A DNA stretch of 64,000 nt from a virus (Duplodnaviria > Caudoviricetes): the IMG/VR virus record IMGVR_UViG_3300032321_000388, positions 32,001-96,000 of that record; one strand, given 5' to 3'. This document shows positions 1-8,818 of this stretch, one piece after another. The position numbers and the translations under genes are program-made. Under the pieces are notes generated by a model. The model worked only from the letters and a program-made list of their open reading frames with translations, had not been told where the DNA came from and ran no database searches. Numbering within the stretch: the stretch's first letter is position 1; each line of letters opens with the position of its first letter.

Positions 1-669
1 GCAGCATACTCTCATCTTATTGAGACATTAGGTATGCCCGAATCAACATATAGCGAATTTGCTGAATACCAAGAAATGAAGGATAAACATGATTATGTCA
101 CCGAACTTAGTTCTAAGAATGGAGATCTTGCTAGTACTGCTACTCACATTGCTGTGTTTTCGGCATTTACCGAGGGGATGCAGCTATTCAGTTCTTTTAT
201 TATGCTGCTTAATTTTCCTCGTCATGGCTTGATGAAGGGTATGGGTCAGATAGTTACATGGTCAATCGTAGATGAAACCATGCATGCTGAGAACATGATC
301 AAGTTATTTAAGACGTTCATCAAAGAGAACAATGAGATCTGGAATGATGACTTAAAAGGTCGCATATATACTATAGCAGAAAAGATGGTGCAACTTGAAG
401 ATAAGTTTATTGACTTATGTTATCAAGGTGCTAATATGAGAGAGTTAGAACCAGCAGATGTTAAACAGTATATTCGTTACATAGCTGATAGACGACTTAT
501 ATCATTAGGATTAAAAGGTATATTTAAAGTTAAAAAGAACCCACTTCCATGGGTAGAAGAGATGATTAATGCTCCTGTACATGGTAACTTTTTTGAAAAC
601 CGAGTAACTGATTACGCCAAAGGTGCTTTAAAAGGTTCTTGGTCAGATGTATGGGGAGGAGCAAGTTAA
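1..669 (+). CDS. nrdB: Ribonucleotide reductase class Ia beta subunit (5' truncated by window edge)
   Basis: Frame open from base 1 (AAYSHLIETLGM...); motifs EGMQLFSSF, DETMH, NFFENRVTDY. Confidence 0.95.
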   Translation, partial: AAYSHLIETLGMPESTYSEFAEYQEMKDKHDYVTELSSKNGDLASTATHIAVFSAFTEGMQLFSSFIMLLNFPRHGLMKGMGQIVTWSIVDETMHAENMIKLFKTFIKENNEIWNDDLKGRIYTIAEKMVQLEDKFIDLCYQGANMRELEPADVKQYIRYIADRRLISLGLKGIFKVKKNPLPWVEEMINAPVHGNFFENRVTDYAKGALKGSWSDVWGGAS

Positions 670-815
670 TGGCAACTAAATATTTCCACTGCGAGAATTG
701 CGAATCCACAGGTAAAGTTACAGTAAAAACAAATGACATCACAATTGAAGATATCGTATTTTGCCCTATATGCGGCGCAGATATCTTTGAAGAAGATCAA
801 GATGATCACGAATGA
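669..815 (+). CDS. 48-aa zinc-ribbon protein
   Basis: Read by hand: MATKYFHCENCESTG...FCPICGADIFEEDQDDHE; CxxC...CxxC; overlapping start/stop with both neighbours. Confidence 0.75.
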   Translation: MATKYFHCENCESTGKVTVKTNDITIEDIVFCPICGADIFEEDQDDHE

Positions 816-1237
816 CATGGTTATACAATAATGTGCCCATTGAGGATATTGACATTAAATATGTAGGTTTTGTATATCTCATTACTAATCTTGTTACTGG
901 TAAAAAATATATTGGTAAGAAATTATCTAAATTTTCAAAGACAAGTACTAAGACTGTTAAACTTAAAGATGGTACTAAGAAGAAAAAGAAGATAAGAAGT
1001 AAAGTAGATTCTGACTGGAAGACATATTGGTCTTCGTCTAAAGATGTTCAGGCTGATGTTAAGACATTAGGAGAAGATAAGTTTAAACGAGAAATCCTAA
1101 TATTCTGTCTCACTAAAGGAACAGCAACATATTATGAAGCCAAGTATCAGTTTCAACATGAAGTGCTAGAGAAACCTGATGAATGGTATAATGGTCAAAT
1201 ACAATGTAGAATTCATAGGAGTCATATTAAGAAGTGA
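812..1237 (+). CDS. GIY-YIG endonuclease, T4 endonuclease II (DenA)-like by size and position after nrdB
   Basis: GFVYLITNLVTGKKYIGKK, YWSSS and WYN motifs; single 141-aa domain. Confidence 0.8.
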   Translation: MTWLYNNVPIEDIDIKYVGFVYLITNLVTGKKYIGKKLSKFSKTSTKTVKLKDGTKKKKKIRSKVDSDWKTYWSSSKDVQADVKTLGEDKFKREILIFCLTKGTATYYEAKYQFQHEVLEKPDEWYNGQIQCRIHRSHIKK

Positions 1238-1476
1238 TAATCTATCCACTTATGCTTGTCACTAAAGACGAATATAATAATAGAATGAACATATGCAGAT
1301 CTTGTGACAAATTTAATAAAACATTAAATATGTGCAAAGTATGTAATTGTATAATGACATTCAAATGCGGTTTAAGTCGTACCAAATGTCCAATTGATAA
1401 ATGGGGTCCAAGTTCAAGCAAAGAACAAGTACACCCAAATGACGATATTAAAATACCAAAAGAGAATATTAAATAA
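1234..1476 (+). CDS. Small Cys-rich protein
   Basis: CRSC, CKVCNC, CPIDKW pattern. Confidence 0.6.
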   Translation: MIIYPLMLVTKDEYNNRMNICRSCDKFNKTLNMCKVCNCIMTFKCGLSRTKCPIDKWGPSSSKEQVHPNDDIKIPKENIK

Positions 1477-2033
1477 TGAGTGAACTTATTAATATAACAC
1501 GAGCTGACATTGTAGTTGATTCTATTCCATTAGATCTAGCTGCCAGAATACTTGAAAAAGTTAAAGATATAGAAGGATCTAGGTCTTTTAATATATGGAC
1601 GCATTTTGCTGAAGATAATGATTTTAAATTATTAGGTGATGCGTTTATAAAAGCAACTACTGAATTAATAAATTTTGGTTGTAATCATCATGTAAACTTT
1701 AATTTAGGTAGAGCTTGGCCTCATATCTACAAAGATTGGGAATATACAGCTCCTCATCATCATGGTCCTGCATATCATGGTCCTTCATTTGTAGTTGGTG
1801 TTGTATATTTAGATTTTTCAGAGGGAGCAGGAGACTTATTAATACAAGATCCATTTACTCAGTGGGGTTGGATTAGAAGAGAAGATAACGGAAGAGATGC
1901 TAGAGCCAGTATGAAATTTACTCCATCAGTTGGCAAATTGGTTGTTATGCCTGGATATATACTTCATAGCACTGAACCAAAACCAGCTGGAAAAAATAGA
2001 GCAATGATCTCAACAAATATAGATTTAATATAA
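1476..2033 (+). CDS. Putative 2OG-Fe(II) oxygenase (TIGR02466-like)
   Basis: PHHH...VVYL...GDLLIQDP...GKLVVMPGYILHST...RAMISTN double-stranded beta-helix signature. Confidence 0.8.
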   Translation: MSELINITRADIVVDSIPLDLAARILEKVKDIEGSRSFNIWTHFAEDNDFKLLGDAFIKATTELINFGCNHHVNFNLGRAWPHIYKDWEYTAPHHHGPAYHGPSFVVGVVYLDFSEGAGDLLIQDPFTQWGWIRREDNGRDARASMKFTPSVGKLVVMPGYILHSTEPKPAGKNRAMISTNIDLI

Positions 2034-2061
2034 AGTTGGATTAAAGTTATATTAAGTTCTA

Positions 2062-2526
2062 ATGAAAACAAAAACAAATTCAGCCAAAGGTGTTCATAGT
2101 TATGACGCTGATATTGATGGTAGTTTAATTCCTTTCTTTAATAGGAATGCATCTGAATACCCAACAGAAGCTGGTTCAGTTAACTTTGAATTAGTTCCTG
2201 TTACGCAACAAAAAGATATAATGATTAATCATGCTAGGATGTATGCTCAGCAAGAGTATGATCGTATCATGGAATTAGTAAGTGTATTAAAGAAACAAGC
2301 AGATGATATTAAAAGAAGATTAGAAGTAACTGATGCGGTACATGCTGCAGTATATCAGTTTAGTCCTGTTATGGGCCATAGTTATTGGTTAGCATGGGAT
2401 AAACGTAAAAAGCAGATGATACTAATTCATGAAGGACCTAATGATTGGTCTGCAAGTGCACCGGTAGATTTTGTTTATCAAGTACAAGTGAAATATATGG
2501 GAGATCACACATGGATGGAACTATGA
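2062..2526 (+). CDS. DUF2452-like hypothetical protein
   Basis: YPTEAG, AQQEYDRI...VLKKQA, FSPVMGHSYWL, DHTW. Confidence 0.65.
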   Translation: MKTKTNSAKGVHSYDADIDGSLIPFFNRNASEYPTEAGSVNFELVPVTQQKDIMINHARMYAQQEYDRIMELVSVLKKQADDIKRRLEVTDAVHAAVYQFSPVMGHSYWLAWDKRKKQMILIHEGPNDWSASAPVDFVYQVQVKYMGDHTWMEL

Positions 2527-2804
2527 GTAAATTGTGGAGTTTTATTTTAACTGTTACATCAGCATTATGCGTGTATGTAGCAACCTTATGTTATTTTCAA
2601 GTGACTGAGTATGAAGGTAAATTGAAGTCATTTGAAGTGTTGTTAAAAGAAACTAATGAAAAGAATCAAAGTCTGCATGAAGAAGACCTGATAATTCTCA
2701 GACTAATAGAAGATCAGAATAAACTCATCAAAGCTCAAGATGATAAGATCCGTATCCAAGATTCACTTATAACTGAAGCACGAGCTAAGAGAAAGAATAA
2801 ATAG
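2523..2804 (+). CDS. Membrane-anchored coiled-coil protein
   Basis: ATG at 2523 overlaps previous stop; N-terminal hydrophobic helix then heptad-like region. Confidence 0.55.
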   Translation: MSKLWSFILTVTSALCVYVATLCYFQVTEYEGKLKSFEVLLKETNEKNQSLHEEDLIILRLIEDQNKLIKAQDDKIRIQDSLITEARAKRKNK

Positions 2805-2807
2805 TAT

Positions 2808-3137
2808 ATGACTCAATTAACTATAGATGAATCAGCAGCAGACAAGCTAAAATCACTTCTTGAAGAAGAAGATGATAAGAGTATCAAACTAAGGATATTT
2901 GTTCAGGGTGGAGGCTGCTCTGGATTCAGTTATGGTTTTACATTTGATGATACAACAAATGAAGACGACTTTATTATAGAAGAGCATGGAGTTACTATAC
3001 TCGTCGATGCTATGAGTATGCAGTATCTGCAAGGTTCAAATATAGCATATAAAAAATCACTTATGGGAGAGCAATTTGAGATTAAGAACCCAAATGCCAC
3101 TGCAAAATGTGGATGTGGTTCCTCATTTGCAGCATAA
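2808..3137 (+). CDS. erpA: A-type Fe-S carrier, ErpA/IscA (HesB family)
   Basis: [20 protein letters not shown] and [14 protein letters not shown]. Confidence 0.92.
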   Translation: MTQLTIDESAADKLKSLLEEEDDKSIKLRIFVQGGGCSGFSYGFTFDDTTNEDDFIIEEHGVTILVDAMSMQYLQGSNIAYKKSLMGEQFEIKNPNATAKCGCGSSFAA

Positions 3138-3545
3138 ATGGCATATTCAGAAAAAGTACTAGATCATTATGAAAATCCTAGAAATGTTGGTAGCTTAGAT
3201 AAGTTAGCTACAAACGTAGGAACAGGTATGGTTGGTGCTCCAGCTTGCGGTGATGTCATGAAACTGCAAATTCAAGTAGGAGAAGATGGTGTTATCGAAG
3301 ATGCAAAGTTTAAAACTTATGGTTGCGGTTCTGCTATTGCCAGTTCTAGTCTTGTTACAGAATGGCTCAAGGGCAAAACACTTGAACAGGCAACTGCAAT
3401 CAAGAACTCAGATATCGCGGAAGAATTAGCTCTACCTCCTGTAAAAATTCACTGTTCAGTTCTAGCTGAAGACGCTATTAAAGCCGCTATTGCTGATCTT
3501 CAAAATAAACAAATAGAAGCAGCCAAGTGCGCGTGTAAAGTATGA
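3138..3545 (+). CDS. iscU: Fe-S cluster scaffold IscU
   Basis: MAYSEKVLDHYENPRNVG, GAPACGDVM, FKTYGCGSAIASSS, LPPVKIHC. Confidence 0.97.
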   Translation: MAYSEKVLDHYENPRNVGSLDKLATNVGTGMVGAPACGDVMKLQIQVGEDGVIEDAKFKTYGCGSAIASSSLVTEWLKGKTLEQATAIKNSDIAEELALPPVKIHCSVLAEDAIKAAIADLQNKQIEAAKCACKV

Positions 3546-4711
3546 ATCAAATAATGTTAATTTCTGCGCTTTCATTAAGCGCAATTGCAGCATTTTACTC
3601 TATTGCGGGTTTAACAGCTATCTTTGCTGCCGCAGTAGTACCTATTATTGTCATGGGATCTATTCTTGAGATCTCAAAACTAGTTGTTGCCTCATGGCTA
3701 TATCGTAATTGGGATGAAGTTCCAACTCTTCTTAAATCATATTTCTCTATTGCCGTAATTATCCTCATGATGATTACATCAATGGGTATATTTGGATTCC
3801 TATCAAAAGCTCATCTAGATCAGGCAGTTCCAGCTGGAGATATCACAGCTCAAGTTACTATATTTGATGATAAGATTAAAACTGAAAAAGACAATATAGT
3901 GGCTGCTCGTAAAGCATTAACTCAGATGGACGCTCAGTTAGATCAGAAACTATCCAGATCTACAGATGAAAAAGGAGCTGATAAGGCTATTCAGATCAGA
4001 CGATCACAAACAAATGAACGTAAGAAACTACAGAACGAGATTGCTGAAGCTCAAAAAACTATAGTTAAACTGCAGACTGAACGTGCTCCTATTGCTTCTC
4101 AGGCGCGTAAGGTAGAAGCTGAAGTTGGTCCAGTCAAGTATATTGCGGCTTTAATCTATGGAGATACTCTAGATCAGAACATGCTTGAGAAGGCTGTTCG
4201 ATGGGTTATTATCATGATCGTTCTGGTATTCGATCCACTCGCTGTTCTTATGCTTGTAGCCTTTAATTGGTCTTTAAAAAAAAGCCAACCAACCTATCCG
4301 CCAAAGCCAATAGTAGAAAAAGAGAACGATCCTGAAGTAGTTAAAGGATATACGGATTCTTTAGCTGGAAGAGAACCTGAAGGATGGCATAAAGAATGGG
4401 TACCTGATAAAGAATCATGGCCAAAATATGAACTAGATGATGGTCCATTAACTGAAGAACAATTAGTTAAGATACAAGAAGAAGCAAACAAAACGTGGTC
4501 TGTAGGTCCTCCACCAGAATGGCCAGAAAATAATAATGAAGTTCCAACCGCGCCTCCTCCGCCACCTCATAAAGAACTATCTTTAGGTACAAACATCAAT
4601 GAGTATGATAGTCCATCAAAAACTATCGAACAAGAAGTTGATGATCTCAATCAAAAGCCGCTCAACTCACTTGATCGTCTAAATAGAAAATACGGCACTC
4701 CAGACTCATAA
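3542..4711 (+). CDS. Multi-pass membrane protein with coiled coil and Pro-rich tail (conserved phage hypothetical)
   Basis: Three N-terminal hydrophobic helices, coiled coil, VFDPLAV helix, low-complexity C-terminus. Confidence 0.6.
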   Translation: MNQIMLISALSLSAIAAFYSIAGLTAIFAAAVVPIIVMGSILEISKLVVASWLYRNWDEVPTLLKSYFSIAVIILMMITSMGIFGFLSKAHLDQAVPAGDITAQVTIFDDKIKTEKDNIVAARKALTQMDAQLDQKLSRSTDEKGADKAIQIRRSQTNERKKLQNEIAEAQKTIVKLQTERAPIASQARKVEAEVGPVKYIAALIYGDTLDQNMLEKAVRWVIIMIVLVFDPLAVLMLVAFNWSLKKSQPTYPPKPIVEKENDPEVVKGYTDSLAGREPEGWHKEWVPDKESWPKYELDDGPLTEEQLVKIQEEANKTWSVGPPPEWPENNNEVPTAPPPPPHKELSLGTNINEYDSPSKTIEQEVDDLNQKPLNSLDRLNRKYGTPDS

Positions 4712-4716
4712 ATTCT

Positions 4717-4724
4717 TATAAATA
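4717..4724 (+). promoter_or_regulatory. T4-type late promoter TATAAATA heading the curli island
   Basis: Exact TATAAATA in the intergenic gap, 5 nt before ATG 4730. Confidence 0.75.
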
Positions 4725-4729
4725 CCTAT

Positions 4730-5008
4730 ATGGGTGATATTTTTAAATTAGTAGCCGATGTAGGATTTCCAATAGCTGGAGCTAGTGCTGCTGGTTACTT
4801 TGTATTCCTTACAGTTAAGTTTATCCTTGAAGGCGTTACTGGATCCGTAAAAGGAATGTCTGGTATTATCAAAGCTTTGGATAAACGGGTAGCAGCTATG
4901 AATCATGACGTTATTCGTATTGACACAAAGGTATCACATGCATTAGGTATACCACCAGATTTAGACAGAATTGCAAGAGCTGAGCAATCAGACGCTAGGA
5001 GAGATTAA
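4730..5008 (+). CDS. Small membrane protein (GFPI motif, YvrJ/holin-like)
   Basis: VGFPIAGASAAGYFVF helix plus coiled C-terminus; paralog of 5109..5378. Confidence 0.6.
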   Translation: MGDIFKLVADVGFPIAGASAAGYFVFLTVKFILEGVTGSVKGMSGIIKALDKRVAAMNHDVIRIDTKVSHALGIPPDLDRIARAEQSDARRD

Positions 5009-5121
5009 TGGATTTAGGTTTGCAAAAGAATAGAGATAAGTTACTTTGTACCTATAGAGAAGTATTCATAGGATTTCTATTAGGAGTATTTGCAGGGTTT
5101 ATACTAGCATGGATGATTTAG
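5008..5121 (+). CDS. 37-aa single-TM peptide
   Basis: Read by hand: MDLGLQKNRDKLLCTYREVFIGFLLGVFAGFILAWMI; fills the gap with an overlapping start. Confidence 0.5.
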   Translation: MDLGLQKNRDKLLCTYREVFIGFLLGVFAGFILAWMI

Positions 5122-5378
5122 CGGACTTAGTAAACAAGTACGGGTTTCCCATTATTGCAGCAGGCGGATTAGGGTATTTTGTCTACTATATTTGGAAATG
5201 GGTAACTGAAGAAATTGATCCTGTTATAAGTGAATCTAATAAAGTTTTAATTGAACTAATCGATCGTATCAGAATGCTTGATAACGACTTGATTAGACTC
5301 AATCAAAAAGTGAACGTTATTTTGTCTTTAAGAGAGAGGGAACAAAATGAGGCTCACAACAAGGATACTAAGTCTTAG
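5109..5378 (+). CDS. Small membrane protein (GFPI motif, YvrJ/holin-like)
   Basis: YGFPIIAAGGLGYFVY; DRIRMLDNDLIR aligns with DKRVAAMNHDVIR of 4730..5008. Confidence 0.6.
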   Translation: MDDLADLVNKYGFPIIAAGGLGYFVYYIWKWVTEEIDPVISESNKVLIELIDRIRMLDNDLIRLNQKVNVILSLREREQNEAHNKDTKS

Positions 5379-5799
5379 TATTTTATTGACAGGTTTTGCT
5401 GTTCAAGCACAACCACTTCCAGATTATACATTCAAGAGTCCATCATTTAATGGTAATGGATACTCTTCGCATATCCTTACAATCGAGAACCAAGAGCATT
5501 CTCGTAAAGAGCAAGTAAAGAAAGATATTCAAGCTGCTCTTGATAAAGTAAAGAATGATAAAAATAATACTAACATATCTAAGTTCCTTAATAACTTAGA
5601 ATCTCGTATATATGCACAGATTTCTCAGAACGTGGCGACAGCTATGTTTGCAGATGGTGGCAGTACTTCAGGCACATTAAACTTTGAAGGCAACATCATC
5701 AATTGGAGTAGAAGCTCTACTGAGATTACACTTAATGTGACTGACTACGTAGGTAGTAATACATCAATATCAATACCATTAGGATCATTTCAATTCTAA
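5347..5799 (+). CDS. csgF: Curli assembly protein CsgF
   Basis: Signal peptide, mature N-terminus YTFKSPSFNG, FLNNLESRIYAQIS, terminal ISIP; adjacent to csgG. Confidence 0.85.
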   Translation: MRLTTRILSLSILLTGFAVQAQPLPDYTFKSPSFNGNGYSSHILTIENQEHSRKEQVKKDIQAALDKVKNDKNNTNISKFLNNLESRIYAQISQNVATAMFADGGSTSGTLNFEGNIINWSRSSTEITLNVTDYVGSNTSISIPLGSFQF

Positions 5800-6620
5800 T
5801 GAAACATTTATTAATAATTATATCGCTTCTAGTCTTGACTGGTTGCGCTGGATCTACTGTAATTAGAGATGTAGATAAACCTCTTATCTCTAAAAATTTG
5901 ATGCAAAAAGAATTCGACATGCTTCCTGGCCCTCATGGCAAGAAGGTATCGGTTGCTGTATATAGTTTTGCTGATAAGACTGGACAGAGAAAGCCCAGTG
6001 CTAACATAGCACAACTATCGACAGCAGTTACTCAAGGGGCTGACGCGTTCCTCATCAAGGCATTACAAGATGTGGGTAAAGGTCAGTGGTTTGATGTTGT
6101 CGAACGAGTTGGCTTGGATAGTCTAACTAAAGAGCGTCAGCTGATTCGCCAAATGCGCGAAGCTTACGAGGGTGACAAAGCCAAGCCTTTATCTCCTATG
6201 ATGTTTGCTGGTATCATATTAGAAGGCGGTATCGTAGGTTATGATTCATCAACAAGATCTGGTGGATCTGCGATGAGGATGTTGGGTATTGGCCCACAGA
6301 CACAATATTCTGAGGATATAGTAACTATCAGCTTACGAGCTGTTAGCGTGAATACAGGAAAAGTTTTAGTATCAGTTACTGTGCAGAAGACAGTTTATTC
6401 TGCAGCTGATAGCTTAGCGATATTGAAGTTCGTTAAGAATGGAACACAGGCATTTGAATTCGAGACGGGTTTAACTATCAACGAGCCAGGTACATTAGCT
6501 GTTAAAGCTGCTGTTGAGGCTGCAGTTGTTGAATTGATTAAAGAAGGAGAGAAGAAAGGTGTATGGGATTTCTCATATCCTTATGTTGCTCCAGAAAATA
6601 AACAAGAGGAGACAAAATAG
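5799..6620 (+). CDS. csgG: Curli secretion outer-membrane lipoprotein CsgG
   Basis: Lipobox LTGC; VAVYSFADKTGQRKP, STAVTQG, WFDVVERVGLDSLTKERQLIR, EGGIVGYD. Confidence 0.93.
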   Translation: MKHLLIIISLLVLTGCAGSTVIRDVDKPLISKNLMQKEFDMLPGPHGKKVSVAVYSFADKTGQRKPSANIAQLSTAVTQGADAFLIKALQDVGKGQWFDVVERVGLDSLTKERQLIRQMREAYEGDKAKPLSPMMFAGIILEGGIVGYDSSTRSGGSAMRMLGIGPQTQYSEDIVTISLRAVSVNTGKVLVSVTVQKTVYSAADSLAILKFVKNGTQAFEFETGLTINEPGTLAVKAAVEAAVVELIKEGEKKGVWDFSYPYVAPENKQEETK

Positions 6621-7403
6621 ATGAACAACTATTTAAAACTAATGGTTGCGATGATATTTTCGGCGTCTGCATTCGCAGCAGACAATAGTATTTACATTGA
6701 CCAATCAGGTGATAATTCTACAATTGACATTACACAGACTGGTGCAGGCAACGTAGTGCGTGGTATACAAGGTGTTGGTTCAAGTAATACAACGCCAGCT
6801 AAGATCTATGGTAATAATAATGCTATAGACATTAGGCAAATTGGTTCTACTAATACATTAAGTCTTGGTGTTAATGCATCTACCGCAACTGGTAGAGCTT
6901 ATGGTATTGACTTAACATACTACGTGACTGGTAATTCTGGTACTGCTGTTATTAACAGTAATAATGCTGGAACAGGTACTTCTGGATCTAACTTTATTGA
7001 CGTAAGACAAACAGGTAACTCTGCTAATCTTAACTTAAACATCTTAGGTTCTAAGAATGACTTTACTGCTGTAACATCTGGTGGTTCTGGTAACAGTATC
7101 ATATCAACTATCAATGCTGACAGTACAGTTAATAACATATCAATGACGGGTGGCGGTAGCAATACACTTACTCAAACTATTACAAGTAATAAAGCAACAA
7201 ATAATATTACTGTTCTTGGTGCAAGTAATGGTATTGTATTAACACAGTCTGGTACAGCTGGAACTAATGGTCACGCATTTACACTTGACTTAACCGGTTC
7301 AAGCAATACATTAAACGTAACACAATCAGGTACTATCGATACCACAGTGAACTTACTTAGTATTGGTAGTGGTAATGCATGGAATATAACAACCGGAAAC
7401 TAA
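6621..7403 (+). CDS. Curlin-repeat secreted protein (CsgA/CsgB-like)
   Basis: Signal peptide; repeated N-x-I-x-I-x-Q-x-G units (NSIYIDQSG, NSTIDITQTG, NAIDIRQIG, NFIDVRQTG, NTLNVTQSG). Confidence 0.8.
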   Translation: MNNYLKLMVAMIFSASAFAADNSIYIDQSGDNSTIDITQTGAGNVVRGIQGVGSSNTTPAKIYGNNNAIDIRQIGSTNTLSLGVNASTATGRAYGIDLTYYVTGNSGTAVINSNNAGTGTSGSNFIDVRQTGNSANLNLNILGSKNDFTAVTSGGSGNSIISTINADSTVNNISMTGGGSNTLTQTITSNKATNNITVLGASNGIVLTQSGTAGTNGHAFTLDLTGSSNTLNVTQSGTIDTTVNLLSIGSGNAWNITTGN

Positions 7404-7404
7404 A

Positions 7405-7725
7405 ATGAAAACTATATTATTTTTGTTAGTTATAGTAATTAGTTTTTTAGCAGTATCAAAAGAAGTTAAAAAGTTACATTATAATTATAATGATAAAGTT
7501 ACAATTTGGATAAGCAACGAAGAGTGTCCATTACCGCAATTTATTAAACAATTTCCATGGAAAGTAGAAGCAATTCGTTCTGATGGAGATATCATGATAG
7601 GTTGTTTTAATGGAGAAAATAATACAGTAACTATTCAATGGAATGGCGGAGATAAAAGCATGTTTCCAGCAGATTATTTTTTATATAATACATCCAGTGA
7701 AGCACTTCCTAAAAATAATCTATAA
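7405..7725 (+). CDS. Small secreted hypothetical protein
   Basis: Signal peptide/anchor; two Cys; lies inside the curli cluster. Confidence 0.55.
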   Translation: MKTILFLLVIVISFLAVSKEVKKLHYNYNDKVTIWISNEECPLPQFIKQFPWKVEAIRSDGDIMIGCFNGENNTVTIQWNGGDKSMFPADYFLYNTSSEALPKNNL

Positions 7726-8818
7726 GGTATTATTACTATTAGTAGCTACAAATTCATATGCTGCAATAGGAACTATTACTGAACAAAGTAATACCGCTCC
7801 TAGCATAACGCGAAAGAGCGGTACACTTTCAGGCACAAAAGGTATAGGCGTTGAAATGTCTGATACCATCAAAACAACTCAAGGTAAAGTAGGTATTACC
7901 TTTGAAGATAAAACAAAAGTAGATATCACAGAGAACTCTAAGCTAGTCATAGATGAGTTTGTCTATGATCCAAATTCTAAGAAAGGCGGCAAGTTAGCAG
8001 TTAACATTGCGCTTGGTACTGTACGATATGCATCCGGTCAAATTGCTAAGAACAACCCACAAGCGGTTGCAATTAATACTCCTACGGCTACTGTCGCTGT
8101 CCGTGGTACAGATTTTACTGCAACTGTTGATGAGCTAGGTAGATCCACGTTCATCTTACTGCCGTCATGTCCTAAAGGATGGGTTGATGTAGAACGAGAC
8201 TGTAAGACTGGTAAGATTGAAGTCATCACAGACGAAGGTAAAGTTATACTAGATAAACCATTCCAAGCTACGAGAGTAGAATCAAAAGAAACTCGCCCAT
8301 TTAGACCAGTCATTGTTAACTTAACAGAAGACATGATTAATAATCTATTAGTATTATCTCCTCCTAAAGAACTAAGAGAGTCTGATGCTGATAAACATAA
8401 GAATAAAACTGAAGCAAAAGGTGCATTAGATGTAGACTTCCTTGCAGAGAATAAACTTGTGGATGTACTAGCTAAGCAAGACAAAGAGATGTACCAAGAT
8501 AAGTTATCTCGCAACCTATTAGATAACGACTTCCTTGCAAACGTATTAGACATCATCAATGCTCAGTTAGCAGCACAGCTAGACTTATTAGGTAAGACAA
8601 AGAGCGGTTTATTACCAGACTATGTTCCAACTTCAGGAGTTACAGTTGAGGTTGATGATCTACAAGTAACTTTATGTCGTGAAGGCAACGGTGATACACA
8701 ATGTATTACAACTCCAAAGAATCAAAACACTACTGTGACACAAACACAGGGACCAGTAGAGATTAAGAATAGGATTAATAATGGTGGGAGTACAATAATA
8801 AATGCTACGCAGAATTAG
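7697..8818 (+). CDS. Secreted FecR-domain protein
   Basis: Likely GTG start 7697 giving signal peptide ...ATNSYA; DTIKT, ITFEDKTKVDITENS, INTPTATVAVRGTDF. Confidence 0.85.
   Translation: MKHFLKIIYKVLLLLVATNSYAAIGTITEQSNTAPSITRKSGTLSGTKGIGVEMSDTIKTTQGKVGITFEDKTKVDITENSKLVIDEFVYDPNSKKGGKLAVNIALGTVRYASGQIAKNNPQAVAINTPTATVAVRGTDFTATVDELGRSTFILLPSCPKGWVDVERDCKTGKIEVITDEGKVILDKPFQATRVESKETRPFRPVIVNLTEDMINNLLVLSPPKELRESDADKHKNKTEAKGALDVDFLAENKLVDVLAKQDKEMYQDKLSRNLLDNDFLANVLDIINAQLAAQLDLLGKTKSGLLPDYVPTSGVTVEVDDLQVTLCREGNGDTQCITTPKNQNTTVTQTQGPVEIKNRINNGGSTIINATQN

Noticed and set aside
812-1237. GIY-YIG ORF as an intron-encoded or mobile homing endonuclease
   Set aside because: The visible part of nrdB is uninterrupted and the ORF has no C-terminal DNA-binding repeats; size and position fit an endonuclease II-like gene.
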